From Saccostrea cucullata (lineage: Eukaryota), in NCBI RefSeq assembly GCF_032062105.1, contig NW_026933720.1, positions 124,001 through 188,000 on the forward strand: a DNA stretch of 64,000 nt, in the 5' to 3' direction. Shown here in pieces: positions 39,961 through 52,900 of the stretch. Each line of letters begins with the position of its first letter. The first letter of the stretch is position 1. Both the position numbers and the translations under genes were made by a program. The notes under the pieces are model-generated. The model was given only the letters and a program-made list of their open reading frames with translations. It was not told where the DNA came from and made no database searches.

Positions 39961-42142
39961 ACGCACCACCTAAGAGACTTAATATTTTACTTTTAAAAAC
40001 TTGTTTATGATGCATTTGATATATAAATATGTTACTTTAACAAAAAATAAGGCATATAAATATCAAACCTTATAAACAACTACAATGTTTATTGGAGAGT
40101 GACCATTTATAGAAAAAAAATAAAATCATGACAACTCCATTTTTGAAGATTTAGAAAAAAGTAACACCTAATGAGGCGTTTGACGCTAGAAGAACGTGCA
40201 AAAGTAGACAGGTTTGCGTCTGCAGGGGGTTCCTTCAGAAAAATCTGTAAAAAATTTAAAAAAACAATAAAACGCTTATGAATTCCATGAATTGTTCCAA
40301 ATAGATTAATAAACATAAAAATGTTTACAATAGATAATCACGGCATTAAGTTAGCAGCATACACTAAGTTGAAAATTGGTCCACAAAACTGGGTCAACCG
40401 GAAGTGGAGTGAATTTGGTATGGACACTAAGGTATCAGATGATTACTAGGAGATATGGGAGTCAATGACTGTTTGTTATTTGATTTTTAACAGGGGGATC
40501 CTCCTGTGGCTATCTCAAAGACCCCTTTAGAGATCAAGAATTTCATATCTGTGGAAAAAATGGTGCGCAGTGCACAGCTGGAAATTAGTTTTCGGACAAG
40601 AAGGTCATTCAAGGATTTTTCCATGATGCCAAGACATTTTTCAATCCCACTGCTTTTGAAATAATGGCATATCATGTACACTAGAACCGATCCGGCAAAT
40701 GTTCAATTCACAAATAAAAATGAACAAGTAGTGAGTTAGCAATATTGTCTAGTGCATCTAAATGCCGAGTTGAAGACAACAGCAAGTGTTTTCTTCTTTT
40801 CACGCATAAGATTTTGCCCAAATTCTGCTTCATATGAATACAAAAATATGTTGTTGGTAACAATTGGTACTTATGGGAATTCCAGTAGATTGTTGGAAGA
40901 CCTGGTCTCCAAAAACAACATAGATATTGTCAATCAGCAACTCTAAGCATCTTTCTGATGTCAACTTCAGAGTACTTGTGCGTACAATAAGAATGTTTTT
41001 TTAAAAAAATAATTTTGCAAATGACCGATGACAAGGTAAGTATTTTTTTATTGCAAAAGCACCTGTCAATGATATAAAAAAGCCTGGACTTTAATTCATC
41101 GTGGGGAATGGTTGTGTATAAAGTTGAAAAATAAAGTTTTTAAGCCCTTGATTTTTGTAAAATCTTGTGATTTTAAACTGTCCAAAAGTTTGTTGGAATT
41201 TTTAAGCATCCACATCTGATTTACACCACTTCTTGAATATATTGTTGCACTCTCACAATCGACTTAATTTTTAAGTATCTTGAGTTTTATTTTTCGTACA
41301 TGTTCCACGTTTACATAATATTTACGTACAAACGCACTATAAAAGATTTCAATTTTTTTTTTCAAAATTATTTAGCTATATCAATTTGAAATTTTTACTT
41401 AAGTCGTTTTTCAGTTCATGATCTTAAAGGAACATTTGCATTGAAATATGTTTTGGTCCCACATGACAAAGTTTGTGACATCGTATACTTTGTTTGTAAG
41501 GTTTATTATTACAACTGCTTTAGAAAACTTTTTTCACATGAGGTTACCTAACCTATACTCTTCAAGAAAATACTCATAAACAGTTCAAACGAAAGATGTC
41601 AATTTGTCCAAAATATTTGTTACAGATAAAATGTCAAACGATGTCAGTTGTATCAAGTATTTTTTCTCGTTTCTTTTTTGTTTGGCAAAATTTAGTTTTT
41701 CCTGTTCATCGATGAAAAAACGTGCAAAAATCATAATATATTTCGTTTAAGTGAAACAATTTTTAATATGGAATCAGGTTTGACCCATGTAAAAATAATG
41801 TTGAAAATATAATAACTGATTTTTGAAATAGACAAAATATTGAAAACTGGGTTATTGAGTCATATTCTATGTAACAAAAAAAAAGCCACCTGGAAAACCG
41901 ATCTCTACATTGAAGATTATTCATGCATGCAGCACTTCCTGGTGCATTGTGGCCACACTGTTACAAGGAGAAGGACATATCCCCTAATGTTAGTATAAAC
42001 AAAAACCTTTCATTTCATCAACATTTTCAAAAAGACATATATTCCAAATCATTTGAAATTATTCCATTTTTTTCAGTGTTTCGATTTACATTTAAATCGA
42101 GGGAAAAAGGTTAAATTGTGTTCGAGAGGAGAAAAAACTGGA

Positions 42143-42606
42143 ATGGAAGACTACATCTAGTAAGTACGCTTCTAAAGATAAACCGTGACTAGAAAATATC
42201 CCTTTTATCCTATTTAATGAATATCTCGACAGTCAGTTGAAAAGTCTGTTTATCATAAATTAAGATAATAAAAACTATTTAAATTATCTGTTCTGCAGTG
42301 GAATCGCAGTTGGAATCATTTTATTTAAGTTTTTGCTTTGGATGTGCATCTGTGTCATTCGCTCTAACAGAAGAGAACACCAGCGAACAACTCGCCGATA
42401 TATTCTGGCAGTCCCAGGAAGAGGTCAGATTCTCCGCGTACCAAATACAAGACAGGCTCAAGATAATGTGAGTAATTAATCTAAAATATTGAGAAAAAGT
42501 TTATTTCTAAGGAATTTTTAAAGAAAATAAATCCACCATTTTATTCCTTTCCATTTAGGCTTTCTTTTAAAGAATAATGTTTTTTTTTTTTACACTTTGT
42601 TGTCGT

Positions 42607-42640
<34 letters not shown>

Positions 42641-42876
42641 GTAATATTTTATTTTGTCAAAATGGCCTACAGGAAAATATTTGTGTAATAATTTTTTTTC
42701 GATATACAAAGTTTTCATACTGACAAGTTTATACACATTTTAACTTTCAGGACAGGGCATCGATTGTGAAAAACGAGGAGATACCACAAACTCATTGTCC
42801 CCCCGGGATGCCTCCCCCATACACGTATGCAGATCTCCCTAACATCAATAGTGGACGACCGTCCAGAGTTGTCTGA
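42143..42876 (+). CDS. Small single-pass membrane protein with PPPY motif, subfamily 2 copy A, 103 aa. Exons 42143-42159, 42299-42467, 42751-42876
   Basis: MEDYIYGIAVGIILFKFLLWMCICVIRSNRREHQRTTRRYILAVPGRGQILRVPNTRQAQDNDRASIVKNEEIPQTHCPPGMPPPYTYADLPNINSGRPSRVV*; GTAAGT and GTGAGT donors, CAG acceptors. Confidence 0.82.
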
Positions 42877-43817
42877 GGACCATCTAATGTTAAAGACAGA
42901 TAGACTCTTTATAAGCTTATAATTGCCTCTAAATATATACCTTTGATGATTGTTATAAATTTTTTGTCTTGGAGATTTAACATGGTTATTGTTGCTAAGA
43001 AACATGACTGATTTATATTTTAAAATTGTTTTCTAGAAAATTTCATTTTGGTTAATCATTAGTTTTGATGAAAATGTCTATCTTTTTTTTTGAAATACTG
43101 AATTACTCTAGATGAAAGATAAAAATGAAACGGAATCAAGTCAAGTTAAAGTATACACATATGTCATGAATTTTGAATGTGATAATTACATACAGGATGC
43201 TGTTAAATATATCAATTATTAGACTGTAGAATTGACAGAAAAAAGTGTTTTAAATTGGAATGGCTTATACTCTCATAAATGGCATTTTTTGTTGGGATCG
43301 TTATATTAATGGTGCCACTGTTTTTCATTAAGGCGCCTGATCCAACCTATGAAATTACCAAGAATGCATGTTTTTGCCCTCTTCACAAATTTATGCATTC
43401 AATCGATCGCTGATCGTTATCTGAACCTTTTAAGTTGCGCTTTATTCAAAACTTATTTTGGCAATGAATCATCACTTTGGCAAAACTACAAACTACTAAA
43501 AAGTGAGTGTCAAACTATTTATATTTCTAATATATTGAAAAAAGGTTTTGTGAATGTATTTAATGCCATTAATGTTATTCCATAGACCAGTGTGAGGATG
43601 CCTCTCCGTATTTCACCACTAAGAGGCATGTTAAGTAGGATGTGTACAACTTTTTGATGAATTACCGGGGGTATATTTCTAACATTTAAAAAAGGACTGT
43701 TTACGTGGAGAAATGATTTGAACATTGTTTCATGTCTTTAGTTTGTTAAAGTAATGACACACGCATTGTTATTTAACATAACTCACTCAAAATGCTTAAC
43801 TTAAATGCTTAACTTAA

Positions 43818-44140
43818 GGACAGATGATACAAACATACTTTAATAAAAAAATTTTGAAAATAACAACTTGGGTCATGTTTTAATGAATAAAATGAATAGA
43901 TTTCACCACGTAGTATTTAATTTTTTATTCGAAGTTGCACAAAAATGAAATTTGAAGTGAAAAATATTTGTATAGAATAATAAGTTGATTTCAGAAGAGT
44001 AGAATTTGAACGTCACAGAATTTTTACAATTTCTTTATATATCCTAGAAATTTATTATTTGCATCATTTGCAGTGAAATAAGGTAAAAACATATAAATTA
44101 ATCCAGGCATCCATTTTTTGTTTGTTTGTATAATCTGCCC
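43818..44140. mobile_element. Kolobok-type MITE (same family as 31021-31338, opposite orientation)
   Basis: ttaa GGACAGATGATACAAACA ... TGTTTGTATAATCTGCCC ttaa; absent from unit B (~60598). Confidence 0.8.
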
Positions 44141-44257
44141 TTAAGATAAATATTTTCATAAAGTATTGTTTATGTGATTATCATTTTATAAAATTGAATT
44201 GATGGTGCAATTACTTTTTATTTAGTATGAAATGATTAACGTTCATTTAACTATTTA

Positions 44258-44985
44258 CGAGGGTTGTTCGAAAAGTTCGTGGACGATGCCCATCTTCGTT
44301 ATATTACTCACTGGAAATTCAAAACAAGCACATTATAATATGTAAAAATATTTATGTGTGAAGTTTCACATTTAACACAAATAAATTTACTTCATTTTTA
44401 ACTGACAACAAGTTAGGACACAATTCCAAAAATCTTGAAATTTATTTTTTAATTTTCATAACTTAACTCTCTAAGCAACTATCATTTTCCCAGATGTTTT
44501 CAGTAAAACCGTTTCTTCACAGGTCATCCTCATCCGATACGGATGTCACTCAAATATTGCATGTACTATTTGTACATACGCACATAACGTGATTCCTTTA
44601 ACATTTTTAGAGTTTACAGGATTCAACAGAATTGCTTCAGTACCTGCTGCTGTAAAACGTCATCATTTTGTCGTTTTCGATAAGGACAACTTATCTTCTC
44701 AAGTTGATTTCTTTTCAACAAAGCAAAATATAAAACCATCATTTGGTACACGTATCGATGTAACAATTTTTAATTTTAATTTCTAGGTAGTTTTACGTTT
44801 TTCCTCCAGTTTACAGAGAATATGACTATAGACATTATTTATTGTATTGTCTGTAACTGACATGCTTGATTTTTGCATTTTTAAAATCTGGATAAGTTTT
44901 GAATTAATCGTAATATGTTGTCAAAATTAATACATATCATTTGAATTTATTGTTAAAATATTTCACACACATAGCAGTTGTTTCG
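44258..44985. mobile_element. Mariner-type insertion with only the left TIR recognisable
   Basis: ta CGAGGGTTGTTCGAAAAGTTCGTGGAC...tcg ta; unit B reads ctattta|cattct without this segment. Confidence 0.55.
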
Positions 44986-46015
44986 TACATTCTTTAACTG
45001 ACAACAAGTTAGGACACAATTCCAAAAATCTAATTTCATAACTCTTATCATTTCCCAATCGGAGTTCCACGGATGACTCGTACCTCGCACATAACCTTAG
45101 ACGTCAACGGTGATGTACCATCTTGCTGATTCAGTCATGTGATCTGATTTGAATTTCTTTCAAATGTCATACATTTGAAATCGAAGTTATTCTGTGGCAC
45201 ACACAACAGTTTTTTCTTGCTTTTAAAGCCTATTGACATGAGGATGTAATCAAAACTTGTTACCGATACAGAATTGCACAAATTAAGGAACATTTTCTAA
45301 AAACGTTATGCATAGTGAAATAAGAAATGAGTGATAAGGCAGTTTCCGGCGGAGAAATGTGAGAATCTGTTGCGTATTCCTCCACTAATCACATCCGAGG
45401 TTTGAATGGAGCGTAGCGGAGTCAGCCGAGGATTGCCGATGGATCATTTCCTCTTCTCCTAAACATGACAAGATAGGACACCAGGTTGGTGAATTAAAAG
45501 CATTTTGAACTAGTCTGCACACGGGGAAGAAAAAAGTGTGCATAGTTCAAGTTCTATTTACCTTCAAGGGTTGATTTCAAACGTAACATCTCACATTACG
45601 TTAAAGGCTAGGTTATAATCTAACCGGAAGTCTGATAAACACATAGATGACACAAAGATATTTGTTTTTTCACATCTTTTTTCCACGGGGAATTTCAAAA
45701 AAACATTTTATAGGTCAATCAGAAGAGTTATATTGTTCGATATTCATTTTTTTTTAAAAAAAGAAGGCTCATGTGCAGAAACTTTTTCATGAGCAGTAGA
45801 TTTTATGTATTTTGCAAAATTTCCAATATTTCCCCCCCCCCTCCAAATATTTAAGGCCTCTTAAATAAAACTTCAAATATAGGAATCGACTTCCGAGTCC
45901 TCAAAATAAATTGTATGATTTTAAGATTATCAGTTTGACTTTAAGTTCTCTTTTGATTCTTTTCTATTCTCTTGTATTATTGAGATGACCTTTATCATGT
46001 AATAATAAATAATAA

Positions 46016-47272
46016 CTAGGGCTAATTGTAACGGGAACCGTTACAGATGTTCCCCAAATGCTCCCCAACTCCCTTTTGGTGCCTTATTCCCGGTAAGCTT
46101 AATTAAATAAGAGAAACGCGATACATTTAAGACTTTAACAAAGTTTTACCAGAAGTATTCAATTTCAGCAAAATGCGCATTTGAATACATGTGCGTAATG
46201 ACCATATCATTTTACACTATTGATATATTGTAATATACTAAATATTACAGCATTTAATCCAAAAATATGTTTAATCTAGTGTATTTGGAATTTTACTCAT
46301 TTCACGTGCACGCACGTGCATGCATGTGCATGATGACCATTCCCTATTGTAGGAGTCTTTAATAACTATCTATGTTCTGAATCCCATCCTGTTTGGTTGA
46401 AAACCAAGGGAGTTATAGACATTTAAAGTTTCAGCCAATCAGATTGCAGCGCACGTGCATGCGCGTGATTTGATGAAAATTATTATATATCATATTGTAG
46501 GATATCCTAAAGCATGCCTATGTTTTAAATTCCAAAGCATTTCGTCAAAAAATAAAAAAAGATATTGATATTTTTGTTTCAGCCAATTAGAGCGAAGTGC
46601 ATGTTCATGCACGTGCAAGTATGTTCATGATGATCATACCTTCTTCTAGGAGTCCATTATGTTTGTCTATGTTCTAAATCCCATCCTGTTTGGTTGAAAA
46701 CAAGGGAGTTATAGCCATTTAAAGTTTAAGCCAATCAGATTGCAGTGCACGTGCATGCGCATGATTTGATGAAAATTCTTATGTACCATATTGTAGGATA
46801 TCCCAAAGCATGCCTATGTTTTAAATTTCAAAGCATTTCGTCAAAAAACAGAGAAGATATTGAGATTTTTGTTTCAGCCAATCAGAGCAAAGTGCACGTG
46901 CATGCGCGTGAGTTCGTGCTAATTTGACAGTGTCACATTATCTACACTATTGATATATCTTTATATAATGAGTTTCAAATCATTTCATTAAAAAATGTAA
47001 AAGTTATAGCTATATTAAGTATATGAGTCATTTCACTCATATCACGCGCACGAATGCATGCGTATGCGCGCAAAATGACCTTCGTTCCGCACACCTACAC
47101 TACACACCTATTAACCCTAAAAAGGTTTTAGCTTAGTTAGGTGAACAGTTTCTGAGAACACTCGCGGACAAAAAAGTACCGGATAACAAAGAAGAAAAAA
47201 ATGAATAATAATAGTAATAGGAAGAAACCGAGTAAAAACAATATGTTCCCAAACTCCGTTTGGGGAACATAA
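46016..47272 (-). mobile_element. Helentron-type non-autonomous element, family A, complete
   Basis: Minus strand: 5' hairpin tatgttccccaaacggagtttgggaacata, (TTA)n, ~148-bp core repeats, subterminal ttggggaacat, hairpin gtaacggttcccgttac, terminal CTAG-TT. Confidence 0.85.
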
Positions 47273-48185
47273 CTAGCAGAGATCTCGTTGCGAGCAACAA
47301 GTGGGTCTTCCGTCCGATTCTTGATGAGATGAGATAAGATTTTAATTGAGATTTTCATTCAAAAATAACGATGAAATTGTTAAGAAGAACGATTTTGAAC
47401 ATTAAAGACTTATAAATTCGACTTTTGTCCCCTTCTGACCCCTTATAATAGGGAGTGCACTTTTTTCTTCATATCATCTTAACGCTCTTAGGATTTTGAA
47501 CACTTTTGGTACAATTACTATTCAGAAAACGTCTAGCAAAAAATGAAAGGCTGCATATTGTTCAGAACATTATTTTGAACATGTTTTGTTCAATGTTACG
47601 CACCAGAATATTCCCCACTTTCGAAATAAAAAGCTTTAGCATTCTGGCCCCTTGTGACCCCTATTTATGTGATAAAGTACATAAAAGTTGTTACATATAT
47701 TTGTATATTGCTGAGATAAACATTTTTGCTTCAGAATGTATAACAAAATATGAACTGTTAAAAAGTTATCGTTTAAAGAATTTTAGCCCTTTTTGACCCC
47801 TAATTTGAGTGCCCAGACCCTTTTTCTTGATTTTACCTGAAAGCTCTTAGGATTTTAAACATATTTTGTGTCTATTCAGATTTTCTTTTTCGTTTTCGAG
47901 ATATTTGCAAAAGAAATATTTAGGGGCCAACCCTTCAACTCCTTAATAGGGACGTTTAGCAAAAAATGAAAGGTTTCATATTGTTAAAAACTTTATTTTG
48001 AACTACTTTTGTTCAATATTACTTATCAAAATATTTCCGACTTTCGGGATATAAAGCGTCAAAGATTAAGCATTCTGGCCCCTTGTGGCCTGTACTTATG
48101 TAACATATGATATAAAAATCATAAGATATCGTTGTATATTGTTGAGATAAACATTTTTGTTTAATGTATAACAGACAGTTAAAAC
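47272..48185 (-). mobile_element. Helentron-type non-autonomous element, family C, 5'-truncated
   Basis: aactag..ctcgttgcgagcaacaag hairpin and gggtcttccg subterminal repeat; internal gacccc/ggcccc repeats. Confidence 0.6.
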
Positions 48186-48459
48186 GTTTTTTAAATTTAA
48201 TTTTCAGTTATATTATATTACTGTAACAGGAAATCCAAGTATATTGCATGTCTACATCGTTCGTCCGTCATATATAAGAAGATTCAAAAATGTTTATTAC
48301 CTCTGATATATACCCGGTAGTACTTAACCATATATGTTCTTTATTTTATTACACAAAAATTCAAAATACATATGTACATTTTTTTTGCTTTGTTAGAGCT
48401 TACTAGCCCGACAGTGGTTTTTTTTGAGTCCATCTATAAACACAAACATCCACTTTTTA

Positions 48460-48870
48460 GTTCGACGATGTTTACAGCGTCATTTTCCTTTGGGAACTAT
48501 CTTGATACCAGCACATTCAAAACATAACCACACAAAGGGGCAGTCCTCATTGTCACAACCAGTGACTTTGTCAGAGTCTCCGTCATACTCCTTCTAGCAA
48601 ACACAAATAATTTCCCTTCTTTGATGCTATACCCAATGTTGTTTGCTGGTGTTGCAGCACTCACCACATGCCCCTATAGAAGTCTAAATTATATAGTAAA
48701 GCAGCTTTTTAAAAACCTCCCCATATTGGTAATCTCATCACACAGAGTGTAACTCCTATTAACTCTTTCGACTAACATGTCTTCATTAGTCCAAACAACA
48801 TAGTCACAGAATTCTTTCCCTGTCACAAGCAACTTGAACTGGTACTAGTAATTGTGATGGCCAGAATTAA
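48460..48870 (-). pseudogene. YqaJ-like exonuclease plus PHD finger remnant (probably the accessory gene of an ISL2EU/Harbinger-related transposon)
   Basis: Minus-strand HHNY*YQFKLLVTGKEFCDYVVWTNEDMLVERV (YqaJ-like) and ICVC*KEYDGDSDKVTGCDNEDCPFVWLCFECAGIKIVPKGK* (ING-type PHD), with stops. Confidence 0.7.
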
Positions 48871-49799
48871 TTACCTCATACAATATGTATCCTATTGGCA
48901 ATTTAGATTTAAATGCAACATCGCAAATTCGCATGAACCAATAACATGCAGAGTGTTTTGGTCTATCAATTTCTAGCTAGGTATACTTTACATTTCTTTC
49001 TTCCGCGTAGAAGAAATAAGAAATGGACAACGCCGCTGATTTAGCGTAAGTACTGTTATCTATCATTTCTAAGAAACACATACATTGAACTCATTCGGTG
49101 TTCATCAAATGCATAATAAAATCTTGAGAACTGAAAAGAAATGAAAAGAAAAGAAACATCTTTTAAGTATGCCATTGAAAGATAATTAAAACATATACAT
49201 GAATACTTAAGATTAATAAACATTTTTGTTGACAAAATTAATGAAAAATGGTGAAAGCGAACAATTAACAAGCCCTAAAGGCAATTAAAAAATACAAAAT
49301 GGGAGTAGAGAAAACATGGACCTCTAAACAAGCACAAAAGGCGATGTATGGTGTGATAGGTATAACAGGTCTGGACGATTTCCAAAGTCATGAGTCAAGA
49401 GCAATAACCGTGGATTTTTATAAATACACAAAATAAACAAAATCAGATAACAGCATTTATGCAAACCCATCCGAAAATAAATAAAACACGTTGTTTTATA
49501 GCTTTTAGATAAAAAGATTTTTTTGAAACAATGTTTTTGTAAACTTTATGCACATTTAGGAATAATATAATATTTATGACAATTCTACCGTGAACATAAT
49601 ACCTGAAAGCTTAGAAACGTTTTAAGTGGGATTAAAAATCTGTTACTAGGAGGTAGCAATCCCAATAGTTTAACGTACTTTAAAAATCTGATAGAAATAC
49701 AGGAAAATTTTCAGTTTTTAGAGCCTGGCATAAAAATATTATCGAATTGATGGATATGGAGATAACGAACAGTATTCAATATCAAAGTCAATAAAACAA

Positions 49800-49958
49800 T
49801 ACAAAATAGGAGACGAGCAAACACGGGCCTCCGAAACATCAGAGGTGGGATCAGGTGCCATGGAGGAGTGAGCATTCCCTGCCGACCGGTCACACCCGCC
49901 GTGTGCTCACCGTCATGTTAGTGAAATGACTGAAAAATCCGTCATCAATTCATTGTAT
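49800..49958 (-). mobile_element. Penelope-like 3' UTR (distal half of an element split by the nest)
   Basis: Minus-strand gcgggtgtgaccggtcggcagggaatgctcactcctccatggcacctgatcccacctctg; sequence continues at 57843. Confidence 0.7.
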
Positions 49959-49960
49959 AA

Positions 49961-52900
49961 ACTAGTGCTAATTGTAACGGGAACCGTTACAGATGTTCCC
50001 CAAACGCTCCCCAACTCCCTTTTGGTGCCATACTCCCTGTAAGCCTTATTAAATAAGATAGCCTCTTTACATTTTTTACTTTAACAACGTTTTCCGAGAA
50101 GGATACGAATTACATATTCAAATTTTAGCATTGCACGCATGTGCACATGAATGCATGTGCGTAATGATCATATTATCTTGTCTACACTATCTATATATCT
50201 AAATATACTATATATTAAAGCATTAAGTTCAAAAGTATTAAAAATCATTCATTCAAGTGTATTTTTAATTTCACTCGTTCCAAATGCACGTGCACGCACG
50301 TGCATGATTACCATACCATCTTTTAGGAGGCCCTTATATCTATCTATGTTCTAAATCCCATCCTGTTTCGTTGAAAACCGAGGGAGTAACAGCCATTTCA
50401 ATTTCCAGCCAATCAGATTGTAGCACAAATGCATCCACGTGATTTCATGATTTTTTTCTATTTCATATTGTAGGATATCTTAATGCATAACATTGTTCTA
50501 AATTTCAAAGCATTTCGTCAAAAAACAAAGGAGATATAGACATCTAAAGTTTCAGCCAATCAGATTGCAGCACACGTGCATGCGCGTGATTTCTTGAAAT
50601 TTTTTGTATATCATATTGAAGGCTATCCTAATGCATGACTATGTTTTAAATTTCAAAGCATTTCGTCAAAAAACAAAGAAGATATTGCCATTTAAAGTTT
50701 CAGCCAATCAGATTGCAGCGCACTTGCATGCGTGTGATTTCATGAATTTTTTTCCAAATCATATTGTAGAATATCCTAATTCATGATATACTTTTAAATT
50801 ATAAAGCATTTCGTCAAAAAACAAAAGAGATATTGAGATTTTTGTTTCAGCCAATCAGAGCAAGGCCCACGTGCATGCGCGTGAGATCGTGCTAATTTGA
50901 CAGTGTCATATTATTAACACTATTAATATATCCTTATGTATCGAGTTTCAAAGCATTTCATCTAAAAATGTAAAAGTTATGGCCATATTAATTATATCAG
51001 TCATTTCACTCATTTCACGCGCCCGCACGTGCATGCGTATGCGCGCAAAATGACCTTCGTTCCGCACACCTACACTACACACCTATTAACCCTAAAAAGG
51101 TTTTAGCTCAGTTGGGTGAACAGTTTCTGAGAACACTCGCGGACAAAAAAGTACCGGAGAACAAAGAAGAAAAAAAGAATAATAATAACTAGTGCTAATT
51201 GTAACGGGGACCGTTACAGATGTTCCCAAAACGCTCCCCAACTCCCTTTTGGTGCCATATTCCCTATAAGCTTCATTAAATAAGACAAACTCTACGCATT
51301 TGAGACTTTAACAACGTTTACCCAGAAGTGTACCAATTTCATTCAAATTTTAGCATTGCACGCGTGCGCATGTGAATGCATGTGCGTAATGACCATACAA
51401 TCTTGTCTTTACAATCTATAGATTTTAATATACTAAATATCAAAGTATTTAATCCAAACGTATTAAAAAATACGCTAATTCAAGTGTATTTTTGATTTTA
51501 CTCATTTCACGTGCACGCACGTGCTCACATGAGCATGGCGACCATACTTTCTTGGAGAAGTCCATTACATCTATCTATGTTCTAAATCCCACCCCGTTTG
51601 GTTGAAAACCAAGGGAGTTATAGCTGTTCAAAGTTTCAGCCAATTAGATTGCAGCGCACGTACATGCACGTGTATGCATGTGCATGGTGACCATGTCTTC
51701 TTGTAGAAGTCCATTATATCTATCTATGTTCCAAATCCCATCCTGTTTGGTTGAAAACCAAGGGAGTTATAGCTATTTAAAGCATAAGCCAATCAGATTG
51801 CAGCGCACGTGCATGCACGCGTTTTCAAAATAATTGCTATATATCTTATTGTAGGACATCCTAATGCATGTCTATATTTAAAATTTCAAAGGATTTCCTA
51901 AAAAAAACAAGAAAGATATTGAGACTTTAGTTTCAGCAAATCAGAGCAAAGCGCACGTGCATGCGCGTGAGATCTTGCTTTTTTGACCATGTCACCTTGT
52001 CTATGCTTCTAATATATACTTCTAATATGAGTTTTAAAGCATATCATCAATAATTTAAATAGTTACGTCTGTATCAATTATATTGGACATTTCTCGTGTT
52101 GCACGTGCGAGCTCTTGCAAGCACACGTGCATGCACATGCTTTCATGATATTTCTTTTATTACGGGCTGTAGATCTCCCTAATGTATGACTATGTTCAAA
52201 ATTTCAAATGATTTTATCAAAAAACAAGAAAGATATTGAGACTTTAGTTTCAGCCAATCAGAGCGAAGCGCACGTGCTTGCACGTGCGATCTTGCTATTT
52301 TGACCATGTCATCTTGTGCATACTACTCATATATCCTTACATTATGAGTTTCAAAACATTTCGTCTAAAAATAGAAAAATTACGGTTATATCCATTATAT
52401 ATTGGTCTTTTCAAGTTTTGCACGTGCGCGCTCTTGCAAGCACGTGCGCGCAAAATGACCTTGATTCCGCAAATCTACATAACATGCCTACTTACCCTGA
52501 AAAGGTTTCCCCTTAATCGGATGTGTACTTTACAAGATCATTCGCGGACAAAATTTTCCCGAGAAGAAAAATAATAATAATAATAATAATAATAATAACT
52601 AGGGCTAATTGTAACGGGAACCGTTACAGATGTTCCCCAAACGCTCCCCAACTCCCTTTTGGTGCCTTATTCCCTGTAAGCTTCATTAAATAAGACGAAC
52701 TCTATGCCTTTTAAACTATAATAATGTTTTCCAAGAAGTATATTCAGTATATTCAAATTTATGCATTGCACGCATGCGCATTTGAATGCATGTGCGTAAT
52801 GACCATATCATCTTGTCTACACTATTTATATACTAGAAATTACAGCGTTTAATCCAAAAGTATTAAAAAAAACGTTTTAATCTAGTGTTTTTGTAATTTT

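Larger units (their letters stand above)
41260..46015 (+). repeat. Segmental duplication 2, unit A (PY-motif gene 3)
   Basis: Colinear with 58665-61350 from tcttgagttttattttt to ttctcttgtattattgagatgaccttt..tgtaataataaataataa. Homology may extend further left (39000-39130 resembles 48228-48345). Confidence 0.85.

Noticed and set aside
50849-50873. CCAAT...CCACG as an ER-stress element (ERSE)
   Set aside because: Spacing is 11 nt rather than the required 9.
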